NCBI GenBank assembly: GCA_964016885.1 | Contig: OZ024741.1 | Location: forward strand, 272,242,001 to 272,306,000 | Reading direction: 5' to 3' | Source: Eledone cirrhosa | Lineage: Eukaryota | DNA length: 64,000 nt | Shown: positions 52,101 through 63,440 of the stretch, in pieces | Layout: each line of letters begins with the position of its first letter | Position numbering within the stretch: the stretch's first letter is position 1 | Made by a program: the position numbers and the translations under genes | Notes under the pieces: model-generated | What the model saw: only the letters and a program-made list of their open reading frames with translations | Told to the model about the DNA's origin: nothing | The model's database searches: none

Positions 52101-55100
52101 TCATCTTGAGTCTGTGCCTTGTACTTTAGTCTATGACTGTCCAGTGTCATGATGGCACCTTGAGTCTGTGTCTTGTACTTTGGCCTCTGACTGTCCACTG
52201 TCTTGGTGGCACCTTGGGTCCGTGTCTTGTACTTTAGCCTCTGACTGCCCACTGTCATCGTGGCATCTTGGGTCTGTGTCTTTTTCTTCAGCCTCTGACT
52301 GTCCACTGTCATGGTGGCACATTGAGTCTGTGTCTTGTACTTTAGCCTCTGACTGTCCACTGTCTTGGTGGAACCTTGAGTCTGTGTCTTGTACTTTAGC
52401 CTCTGACTCTCCACTGTCATGGTGGCACCTTGAGTCTGTGGTTTGTACTTTAGCCTCTGACTGTCCAGTGTCTTGATGGCACCTTGCATCTGTCTTATAC
52501 TTTAGCCTCTGACTGTCCAGTGTTATGGTGGGACATTGGGTCTGTGTCTTTTACTTTAGCCTCTTACTGTCCAGTGTCATGGTGGCACCTTGGGTCTGTG
52601 GTTTTTACTTTAGCCTCTGACTGTCCTGTGTCTTGGTGGCACCTTGGGTCTGTGTCTTGTACTTTAGCCTCTGACTGTCCAGTGTTTTGGTGGCACCTTG
52701 GGTCTGTGGTTTTTACTTTAGCGTCTGACTGTCCTGTGTCTTGGTGGCACCTTGGGTCTGTGTCTTGTACTTTAGCCTCTGACTGTCCACTGTCTTAGTG
52801 GCACTTTTCATCTGTCTTATACTTTAGCCTCTGACTGTCTTGGTGGCACCTTGGGTCTGTGTCTTTTACTTTAGCCTCTGACTGTCCAGTGTTTTGGTGG
52901 CACCTTGGGTCTGTGTCTTGTACTTTAGTCTGTGACTGTCCAGTATTTTGGTCCCACCTTAGGTCTGTGTCTTTTACTTTAGCCTCTCACTGTCCAATGA
53001 CTTGGTGGCACCTTGGGTCTGTGTCTTGTACTTTAGCCTCTGACTGTCCAGTGTCCTGGTGGCACCTTGGGTCTGTGTCTTTAACTTTAGCCTCTGACTG
53101 TCCAGTGTCTTGGTGGCACCTTGGGTCTGTGTCTTTTACTTCAGCCTCTGACTGTCCAGTGTCTTAGTGGCACCTTGCGTCTGTCTTTTACTTTAGCTTC
53201 TGACTGTCCTGTGTCTTGGTGGCACCTTGGGTCTGTGTCTTGTACTTTAGCATCTGACTGTCCAGTGTCTTGGTGGCACCTTGGGTCTGTGTCTTAAACT
53301 TCAGCCTCTTACCAGTGTCTTTGTGGCACCTTGGGTCTGTGTCTTTTACTTTAGCCTCCGACTGTCGAGTGTCTTGGTGGCACCTTGGGTTTGTCTTATA
53401 CTTTAGCCTCTGACTGTCCAGTGTCTTGGTGGCACCTTGGGTCTGTGTCTTTAACTTTAGCCTCTGACTGTCCAGTGTCTTAGTGGCACCTTGACTCTGG
53501 TTCTTGTACTTTAGCCTCTGATTGTCCACTGTCATGGTGGCACCTTGGGTCTGTCTTGTACTTTAGCCTCTGACTGTCCGGTGGCATGGTGGGACCTTAG
53601 GTGTGTGTCTTTTACTTTAGCCTCTGACTGTCCAGTGTCTTGGTGGCACCTTGGGTCTGTGTCATTTAATTTAGCCTCTGACTGTCTAGTGTCTAGGTGG
53701 CACCTTGGGTGTGTCTTATACTTCAGCCTCTGACTGACCAGGGTCTTTGTGGCACCTTGGGTCTGTGTCTTTTACTTTAGCCTCTGACTGTCCAGTGTCT
53801 TGGTGGCACCTTGGGTCTGTATTTTTTACTTTAGCCTCTGACTGTGACCTGTCATGGTGGCTCCTTGAATCTGTGTCTTGTACTTTAGCCTCTGACTGCC
53901 ATCTGTCATGGTGGCACCTTGAGTCTGGTTCTTGTACTTTAGCCTCTGACTGTCCAGTGTCATGGTGGCACCTTGGGTTTGTCTTTTACTTTAACCTCTG
54001 ACTGTCCTGTGTCTTGGTGGCACCTTGGGTCTGTGTCTTTTACTTCAGCCTCTGACTGTCCAGTGTCTTGGTGGCACCTTGGGTCTGTGTCTTGTACTTT
54101 AACCTCTGACTGTCCAGTGTCTTGGTGGCACCTTGGGTCTGTGTCTTTTACTTCAGCCTCTGACTGTCCAGTGTCTTGGTGGCACCTTGGGTCTGTGTCT
54201 TGTACTTTAACCTCTGACTGTCCAGTGTCTTGGTGGCACCTTGGGTCTGTGTCTTTAACTTTAGCCTCTGACTGTCCTGTGTCTTAGTGGCACCTTGCGT
54301 CTGTCTTATACTTTAGCCTCTGACTGTCCAGTGTCTTGGTGGCAGCTTGGGTCTGTTTCTTTTACTTCAGCCTCTGACTGTCCAGTGTCTTAGTGGCACC
54401 TTGCGTCTGTCTTATACTTTAGCCTCTGACTGTCCAGTGTCTTGGTGGCACCTTGGGTCTGTGTCTTTTACTTTAGCCTCTGACTGTCCAGTGTCATGGT
54501 AGCACCTTGGGTCTGTGTCTTTTACTTTAGCCTCTGACTGTCCAGTGTCATGGTAGCACCTTGTGTCTGTGTCTTTTACTTTAGCCTCTGACTGTCCAGT
54601 GTTTTTGTGGCACTTTGGGTCTGTGTCTTTTACTTTAGCCTCTGACTGTCCAGTATCTTGGTGGCACCTTGGGTCTGTGTCTCTTACTTTAGCCTCTGAC
54701 TGTCCAGTGTCATGGTGGAACCTTGGGTCTGTGTCTTATACTTTAGCCTCTGACTGTCTTGGTGGCACCTTGGGTCTGTGTCTTTTACTTTAGCCTCTGA
54801 CTGTCGACTGTCTTGGTGGTCCCTTGGGTCTGTTTCTTTTACTTTAGTCTGTGACTGTCCAGTATTTTGGTCCCACCTTAGGTCTGTGTCTTTTACTTTA
54901 GCCTCTCACTGTCCAATGACTTGGTGGCACCTTGGGTCTGTCTTGTACTTTAGCCTCTGACTGTCCAGTGTTTTTTTGGCACCTTCAGTTTGTCTTTTAC
55001 TTTAGCCTCTGACTGTCCTGTGTCTTGGTGGCACCTTGGGTCTGTGTCTTGTACTTTAGCACCTGACTGTCCAGTGTCTTGGTGGCACCTTGGGTCTGTG

Positions 55101-58069
55101 TCTTTAACTTTAGCCTCTGACTGTCCAGTGTCTTGGTGGCACCTTGGGTCTGTGTCTTTTACTTCAGCCTCTGACTGTCCAGTGTCTTAGTTGCACCTTG
55201 CATCTGTCTTATACTTTAGCCTCTGACTGTCCACTGTCATGGTGACACCTTGGGTCTGTCTTGTACTTTAGCCTCTGACTGTCCAGTGTCATGGTGGCAC
55301 CTTAGGTCTGTGTCTTTTACTTTAACTTCTGACTGTCCAGTGTCTTGGTGGCTCCTTGGGTCTGTGTCATTTAATTTAGCCTCTGACTGTCCAGTGTCTT
55401 GGTGGCACCTTGGGTCTGTGTCTTTTACTTTGGCCTCTGACTGACCAGTGTCTTTGTGGCACCTTGGGTCTGTGTCTTTTACTTTAGCCTCTGACTGTCC
55501 AGTGTCTTGGTGGCACCTTGGGTCTGTGTCTTTTACTTTAGCCTCTGACTGTCCAGTGTCTTGGTGGCACCTTGCGTATGTGTCTTGTACTTTAGACTCT
55601 GACTATCCAGTGTCTTCGTGGCACCTTGGGTCTGTATCTTGTACTTTAGCCTCTGACTGTCCAGTGTCATGGTGGAACCTTGAGTCTGGTTCTTGTACTT
55701 TAGCCTCTGACTGTTCAGTGTCATGGCGGCACCTTGAGTCTGTGTTTTGTACTTTAGCCTCTAACTGTTCACTTTCATGGTGGCACCTTGTGTCTGGTTC
55801 TTGTACTTTAACCTCTGACTGTCCAGTCATGGTGTCATCTTGAGTCTGTGCCTTGTACTTTAGTCTATGACTGTCCAGTGTCATGATGGCACCTTGAGTC
55901 TGTGTCTTGTACTTTGGCCTCTGACTGTCCACTGTCTTGGTGGCACCTTGGGTCCGTGTCTTGTACTTTAGCCTCTGACTGCCCACTGTCATCGTGGCAT
56001 CTTGGGTCTGTGTCTTTTTCTTCAGCCTCTGACTGTCCACTGTCATGGTGGCACATTGAGTCTGTGTCTTGTACTTTAGCCTCTGACTGTCCACTGTCTT
56101 GGTGGCACCTTGAGTCTGTGTCTTGTACTTTAGCCTCTGACTGTCCACTGTCATGGTGCCACCTTGAGTTTGTGTCTTGTACTTTAGCCTCTGACTGTCC
56201 AGTGTCATGGTGGAACCTTGAGTCTGGTTCTTGTACTTTAGCCTCTGACTGTTCAGTGTCATGGTGGCACCTTGAGTCTGTGGTTTGTACTTTAGCCTCT
56301 GACTGTCCAGTGTCTTGATGGCACCTTGCATCTGTCTTATACTTTAGCCTCTGACTGTCCAGTGTTATGGTGGGACATTGGGTCTGTGTCTTTTACTTTA
56401 GCCTCTTACTGTCCAGTGTCTTGGTGGCACCTTGGGTCTGTGTCTTTTACTTTAGCCTCTGACTGTCCAGTGTCATGGTGGCACCTTGGGTCTGTGGTTT
56501 TTACTTTAGCCTCTGACTGTCCTGTGTCTTGGTGGCACCTTGGGTCTGTGTCTTGTACTTTAGCCTCTGACTGTCCACTGTCTTAGTGGCACTTTTCATC
56601 TGTCTTATACTTTAGCCTCTGACTGTCTTGGTGGCACCTTGGGTCTGTGTCTTTTACTTTAGCCTCTGACTGTCCAGTGTCATGGTGGCACCTTGGGTCT
56701 GTGGTTTTTACTTTAGCCTCTGACTGTCCTGTGTCTTGGTGGCACCTTGGGTCTGTGTCTTGTACTTTAGCCTCTGACTGTCCACTGTCTTAGTGGCACT
56801 TTTCATCTGTCTTATACTTTAGCCTCTGACTGTCTTGGTGGCACCTTGGGTCTGTGGTTTTTACTTTAGCCTCTGACTGTCCTGTGTCTTGGTGGCACCT
56901 TGGGTCTGTGTCTTGTACTTTAGCCTCTGACTGTCCACTGTCTTAGTGGCACTTTTCATCTGTCTTATACTTTAGCCTCTGACTGTCTTGGTGGCACCTT
57001 GGGTCTGTGTCTTTTACTTTAGCCTCTGACTGTCCAGTGTCATGGTAGCACCTTGGGTCTGTGTCTTTTACTTTAGCCTCTGACTGTCCAGTGTCATGGT
57101 AGCACCTTGTGTCTGTGTCTTTTACTTTAGCCTCTGACTGTCCAGTGTTTTTGTGGCACTTTGGGTCTGTGTCTTTTACTTTAGCCTCTGACTGTCCAGT
57201 ATCTTGGTGGCACCTTGGGTCTGTGTCTCTTACTTTAGCCTCTGACTGTCCAGTGTCATGGTGGAACCTTGGGTCTGTGTCTTTTACTTTAGCCTCTGAC
57301 TGTCCAGTGTCTAGGTGGCACCTTGGGTCTGTGTCATTTAATTTAGCCTCTGACTGTCCAGTGTCTAGGTGGCACCTTGGGTCTGTCTTATACTTTAGCC
57401 TCTGACTGACCAGTGTCTTTGTGGGACCTTGGGTCTGTGTCTCTTACTTTAGCCTCTGACTGTCCAGTGTCTTGGTGGCACCTTGGGTCTGTGTCTTTTA
57501 CTTTAGCCTCTGACTGTCCACTGTCTTGGTGGCACCTTTGGTCTGTGTCTTTTACTTTAGCCTCTGACTGTCCAGTCTCATGGTGGCACCTTGGGTCTGT
57601 GTCTTTTACTTTAGCCTCTGACTGTCCAGTGTCTAGGTGGCACCTTGGGTCTGTCTTATACTTTAGCCTCTGACTGACCAGTGTCTTTGTGGGACGTTGG
57701 GTCTGTGTCTCTTACTTTAGCCTCTGACTGTCCAGTGTCTTGGTGGCACCTTTGGTCTGTGTCTTTTACTTTAGCCTCTGACTGTCCACTGTCATGGTGG
57801 CACCTTGGGTCTGTGTCTTGTACTTTAGCCTCTGACTGTCCAGTTTCATGGTGGCACCTTGGGTCTGTGTCTTTTACTTCAGCCACTGACTGTCCAGTGT
57901 CTTGGTGGCACCTTGGTTCTGTGTCTTTTACTTTAGCCTCTGACTGTCCAGTGTTTTGGTGGCACCTTGGGTCTGTGTCTTTTACTTTAGCCTCTGACTG
58001 TCCAGTGTCTTGGTGGCACCTTGGGTCTGTGTCTTTTACTTTAGCCTCTGACTGTCCAGTGTCATGGTG
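43167..58069 (+). repeat. Near-identical 7,462-bp tandem higher-order duplication (2 copies), internally ~3,842 + ~3,620 bp
   Basis: Offset 7,462 for 43474/50936, 44144/51606, 45726/53188, 47101/54563, 48864/56326. The offset becomes 7,408 (exactly one 54-bp monomer fewer) for 49701/57109 and 50273/57681. Confidence 0.92.
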
Positions 58070-58770
58070 AGACCTTGGGTCTGTGTCTTTTACTTTAGCC
58101 TCTGACTGTCCACTGTCTTGGTGGCACCTTCGGTCTGTGTCTTTTACTTTAGCCTCTATCTGTCCAGTGTCTTGGTGGCACCTTGGGTCTGTGTCTTTTA
58201 CTTTAGCCTCTGACTGTCCAGTGTCATTGTGAGACCTTGGGTCTGTGTCTTTTACTTTAGCCTCTGACTGTCTAGTGTCTTGGTGGCAACTTGGGTCTGT
58301 GTCTTTTACTTTAGCCTCTGACTGTCCAGTGGTTGGTGGCACCTTGGGTCTGTGTCTTTTACTTTAGCCTCTAACTGGCCAGTGTCTTGGTGTCACCTTG
58401 AGTCTGTGTCTTTTACTTTAGCCTCTGACTGTTCAGTGTCATGGTGGCACTTTGGGTCTGTCTTGTACTTTAGCCTCTGACTGTCCACTGTCATGGTGGC
58501 ACCTTGGGTCTGTCTTGTACTTTAGCCTCTGACTGTCCAGTATCTTTCTGGCACCTTGAGTCTGTGTCTTTGACTTTAGTCTCTGACTGTCCAGTGTAAT
58601 GGTGGCACCTTGGGTCTGTCTTTTACTTTAGACTCTGACTGTCCAGTGTCATTGTGGCACCTTGGGTCTGTGACTTGTACTTTAGCCTCTGACTGTCCAG
58701 TGTCATGGTGGCACCTTGGATCTGTCTTTTACTTTAGACTCTGACTGTCCAGTGTCATGGTGGCACCTTG

Positions 58771-58937
58771 GGGTTTATATCTTCTACTTTAGCCACAGTA
58801 TGTCCCGTGCCTTGTTGGTATATACGTTGCATATATCATCATCATCATCTTTATGTCAATTTATTAGGTGAAGATGATGATAACGATGATGATGATGATG
58901 CCATCACCACCATTTTGAACCAATATATATTGAAAGT
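58771..58937 (+). repeat. Internal copy 1 of the array's right junction (degenerate monomer + AT-rich flank with CAT/GAT repeats)
   Basis: gggtttatatcttctacttt...atatatcatcatcatcatc...aagatgatgat...aatatatattgaaagt, nearly identical to 61442-61608 and 63441-63595. Confidence 0.95.
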
Positions 58938-61441
58938 CTTGGTGGCACCTTGGTCTGTCTTGGACTTTAGCTTCTGAGTGTCCAGTGTCTTGGTAGCACC
59001 TTGTGTCTGTCTTTTACTTTAGCCTCTGACTGTCCACTGTCTTGGTGGCACCTTGGGTCTGTGTCTTTTTCTTCAGCCTCTGACTGTCCACTCTCATGGT
59101 GGCACCTTGAGTCTGTGACTTGTACTTTAGCCTCCGACTGTCCACTGTCTTGGTGGCACCTTGAGTCTGTGTCTTGTACTTTAGCCTCTGACTGTCCACT
59201 CTCATGGTGGCACCTTGAGTCTGTGTCTTGTACTTTAGCCTCCGACTGTCCAGTGTCTTGATGGCACCTTGAGTCTGTGTCTTGTACTTTAGCCTCTGAC
59301 TATCCACTGTCATGGTGGCACCTTGAGTCTGTGTCTTGTACTTTAGCCTCTTTCATTCCACTGACATGGTGGCACCTTGAGTCTGTGTCTTGTACTTTAG
59401 CCTCTGACTGTCCACTGTCATGGTGGCATCTTGAGTCTGTGTCTTGTACTTTAGCCTCTGACTGTCCACTGTCTTGGTGGCACCTTGGGTCCGTCTTTTA
59501 CTTTAGCCTCTGACTGTCCAGTGTCTTGGTGGCACCTTGGGTCTGTGTCTTTTACTTCAGGCTCTGACTGTCCACTGTCATGGTGGCACCTTGAGTCTGT
59601 GTCTTGTACTTTAGCCTCTGACTGTCCACTGTCATGGTGGCATCTTGAGTCTGTGTCTTGTACTTTAGCCTCTGACTGTCCAGTGTTTTGGTGGCACCTT
59701 GGGTCTGTGTCTTTTACTTTAGCCTCTGACTGTCCAGTGTCTTGGTGGCACCTTGGGTCTGTGTCTTTTACTTTAGCCTCTGACTGTCCAGTGTCTTGGT
59801 GGCACCTTGGGTCTGTGTTTTTTACTTTAGCCTCTGATTGTCCAGTGTTTTGGTGGCACCTTGGGTCTGTCTTTTACTTTACCCTCTAACTGTCGACTGT
59901 CTTGGTGGCCTCTTGGGTCTGTGTCTTTTACTTTAGCCTCTGACTGTCCACTGTCTTAGTGGCACTTTTCATCTGTCTTATACTTTAGCCTCTGACTGTC
60001 TTTGTTGCACCTTGGGTCTGTGTTGTTTACTTTAGCCTCTGACTGTCCACTGTATTGGTGGCTCCTTGGGTCTGTGTTTTACTTTAGCCTCTGACTGTCC
60101 AGTGTTTTGGTGGCACCTTGGATCTGTGTCTTTTACTTTAGCCTCCGACTGTCCAGTGTCTTGGTGGCACCTTGGGTTTGTCTTTTACTTATTCTCTGAC
60201 TGTCCTGGGTCTTGGTGGCACGTTGGGTCTGTGTCTTTAACTTCAGCCTCTGACTGTCCAGTGTCTTAGTGGCACCTTGCGTCTGTCTTATACTTTAGCC
60301 TCTGACAGTCCAGTGTCATTGTGGCACCTTGGGTCTGTGTCTTGTACTTTAGCCTCTGACTGTCCAGTGTCATGGTGGCACCTTGGGTCTGTCTTGTACT
60401 TTAGCCTCTGACTGCCCACCGTCATGGTGGCACCTTGGGTCTGTGTCTTGTACTTTAGCCTCTGACTGTCCAGTGTCATGGTGGCACCTTGGGTCTGTGT
60501 CTTTTATTTTAGCCTCTGACTGTCCAGTGTTTTGGTGGCACCTTGGGTCTGTGTCTTTTACCTTAGCCTCTGACTGTCCAGTGTCATGGTGGCACCTTGG
60601 GTCTGTGTCTTTTACTTTAGCCTCTGACTGTCCTGTGTCTTTGTGGCACCTTGGGTCTGTGTCTTGTACTTTAGCCTCTGACTGTCCACTGTCTTAGTGG
60701 CACTTTTCATCTGTCTTATACTTTAGCCTCTGACTGTCTTGGTGGCACCTTGGGTCTGTGTCTTTTACTTTAGCCTCTGACTGTCCACTGTCTTGGTGGC
60801 ACCTTGAGTCTGTGTCTTGTACTTTAGCCTCTGACTGTCCAGTGTCTTGGTGGAACCTTGGGTCTGTGTCATTTAATTTAGCCTCTGACTGTCCAGTGTC
60901 TAGGTGGCACCTTGGGGCTGTGTCTTTTACTTTAGCCTCTAACTGTCCAGTGTCTTCGTGGCACCTTGGGTCTGTCTTATACTTCAGCCTCTGACTGTCC
61001 AGTGTCATGGTGGCACTTTGGGTCTGTGTCTTTTACTTTAGCCTCTGACTGTCCAGTGTCTTGGTGTCACCTTGAGTCTGTGTCTTTTACTTTAGCCTCT
61101 GACTGCCCACTGTCATGGTGGCACCTTGGGTCTGTCTTGTACTTTAGCCTCTGACTGGCCACTGTCTTGGTGGCACCTTGGTCTGTCTTGGACTTTAGCT
61201 TCTGACTGTCCAGTGTCATGGTGGCCCCTTGGGTCTGTCTTGTACTTTAGCTTCTGACTGTCCAGTGTCTTTGTGCCACCTTGGGTCTGTTTTTTTTACT
61301 TTAGCCTCTGAATGTCCAGTGTCATGGTGGCACCTTGGGTCTGTCTTGTACTTTAGTCTCTGACTGTCCAGTGTCTTTGTGGCACCTTGGGTCTGTCTTT
61401 TACTTTAGACTCTGACTGTCCAGTGTCATGGTGGCACCTTG

Positions 61442-61608
61442 GGGTTTATATCTTCTACTTTAGCCACAGTATGTCCTGTGCCTTGTTGGTATATACGTTG
61501 CATATATCATCATCATCATCTTTATGTCAATTTATTAGGTGAAGATGATGATAACGATGATGATGATGATGCCATCACCACCATTTTGAACCAATATATA
61601 TTGAAAGT
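61442..61608 (+). repeat. Internal copy 2 of the array's right junction
   Basis: Same 167-bp island, 2,671 bp after copy 1, followed by the same series of variant monomers. Confidence 0.95.
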
Positions 61609-63440
61609 CTCGGTGGCAGCTTGGTCTGTCTTGGACTTTAGCTTCTGAGTGTCCAGTGTCTTGGTAGCACCTTGTGTCTGTCTTTTACTTTAGCCTCTGA
61701 CTGTCCACTGTCTTGGTGGCACCTTGGGTCTGTGTCTTTTTCTTCAGCCTCTGACTGTCCACTCTCATGGTGGCACCTTGAGTCTGTGTCTTGTACTTTA
61801 GCCTCCGACTGTCCAGTGTCTTGATGGCACCTTGAGTCTGTGTCTTGTACTTTAGCCTCTGACTATCCAGTGTCATGGTGGCACCTTGAGTCTGTGTCTT
61901 GTACTTTAGCCTCTGACATTCCACTGATATGGTGGCACCTTGAGTCTGTGTCTTGTACTTTAGCCTCTGACTGTCCACTGTCATGGTGACATCTTGAGTC
62001 TGTGTCTTGTACTTTAGCCTCTGACTGTCCACTGTCTTGGTGGCACCTTGGGTCCGTCTTTTACTTTAGCCTCTGACTGTCCAGTGTCTTGGTGGCACCT
62101 TGGGTCTGTGTCTTTTACTTCAGGCTCTGACTGTCCACTGTCATGGTGGCACCTTGAGTCTGTGTCTTGTACTTTAGCCTCTGACTGTCCACTGTCATGG
62201 TGGCATCTTGAGTCTGTGTCTTGTACTTTAGCCTCTGACTGTCCACTGTCATGGTGGCATCTTGAGTCTGTGTCTTGTACTTTAGCCTCTGACTGTCCAC
62301 TGTCATGGTGGCATCTTGAGTCTGTGTCTTGTACTTTAGCCTCTGACTGTCCACTGTCATGGTGGCATCTTGAGTCTGTGTCTTGTACTTTAGCCTCTGA
62401 CTGTCCACTGTCATGGTGGCATCTTGAGTCTGTGTCTTGTACTTTAGCCTCTGACTGTCCAGTGTTTTGGTGGCACCTTGGGTCTGTGTCTTTTACTTTA
62501 GCCTCTGACTGTCCAGTGTCTTGGTGGCACCTTGGGTCTGTGTCTTTTACTTTAGCCTCTGACTGTCCAGTGTCTTGGTGGCACCTTGGGTCTGTGTCTT
62601 TTACTTTAGCCTCTGACTGTCCAGTGTCTTGGTGGCACCTTGGGTCTGTCTTTTACTTTACCCTCTAACTGTCGACTGTCTTGGTGGCCTCTTGGGTCTG
62701 TGTCTTTTACTTTAGCCTCTGACTGTCCAGTGTCTTGATGGAACCTTGGGTCTGTCTTTTACTTTACCCTCTGACTGTCCAGTGTCTTGGTGGCACCTTG
62801 GGTCTGTGTCTTTTACTTTAGCCTCTGACTCTCCAGTGTCTTGGTGGCACCTTGGGTTTGTCTTTTACTTTAGCCTCTGACTGTCCAGTGTCTTGGTGGC
62901 ACCTTGGGTCTGTGTCTTTAACTTTAGCCTCTGACTGTCCAGTGTCATGGTGGCACCTTGGGTCTGTGTCTTGTACTTTAGCCTCTGACTGTCCACTGTC
63001 ATGGTGGCACCTTGGGTCTGTGTCTTTTACTTTAGCCTCTGACTGTCCAGTGTCTCTGTGGCACCGTGGGTCTGTGTCTTTTACTTTAGCCTCTGACTGT
63101 CTAGTGTCATGGTGGCACCTTGGGTCTGTGTCTTTTACTTTAGCCTCTGACTGTCCAGTGTCTTGGTGGCACCTTGGGTCTGTGTGATTTACTTTAGCCT
63201 TTGACTGTCCAGTGTCTTGGTGGCACCTTGGGTCTGTCTTATACTTTAGCCTCTGACTGTCCACTGTCTTGGTGGCACCTTGGGTCTGTCTTGGACTTTA
63301 GCTTCTGACTGTCCAGTGTCATGGTGGGACCTTGTGTCTGTCTTGTACTTTAGCCTCTGACTGTCCAGTGTCTTTGTGGCACCTTGGTTCTGTGTCTTTT
63401 ACTTTAGCCTCTGACTGTCCAGTGTCATGGTGGCACCTTG

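Noticed and set aside
58768-58977. 'PCWYI' in the island ORFs (also 61439 and ~63470) as the missing NATD1 exon 3 (TCWYI motif)
   Set aside because: It is the decayed satellite frame CPVSWWHL mutated to CPVPCWYI. The upstream AxLD...LK segment is missing, the nearby cAG gives the wrong phase for a phase-0 donor, and the rest is His/Asp microsatellite translation.
3101-63440. Chi-like (TGGTGG) or CTCF-like (GGTGGCAC) motif in the monomer
   Set aside because: Only partial matches: no full GCTGGTGG, and the CTCF 5' half CCASYAG is not matched at the right spacing.
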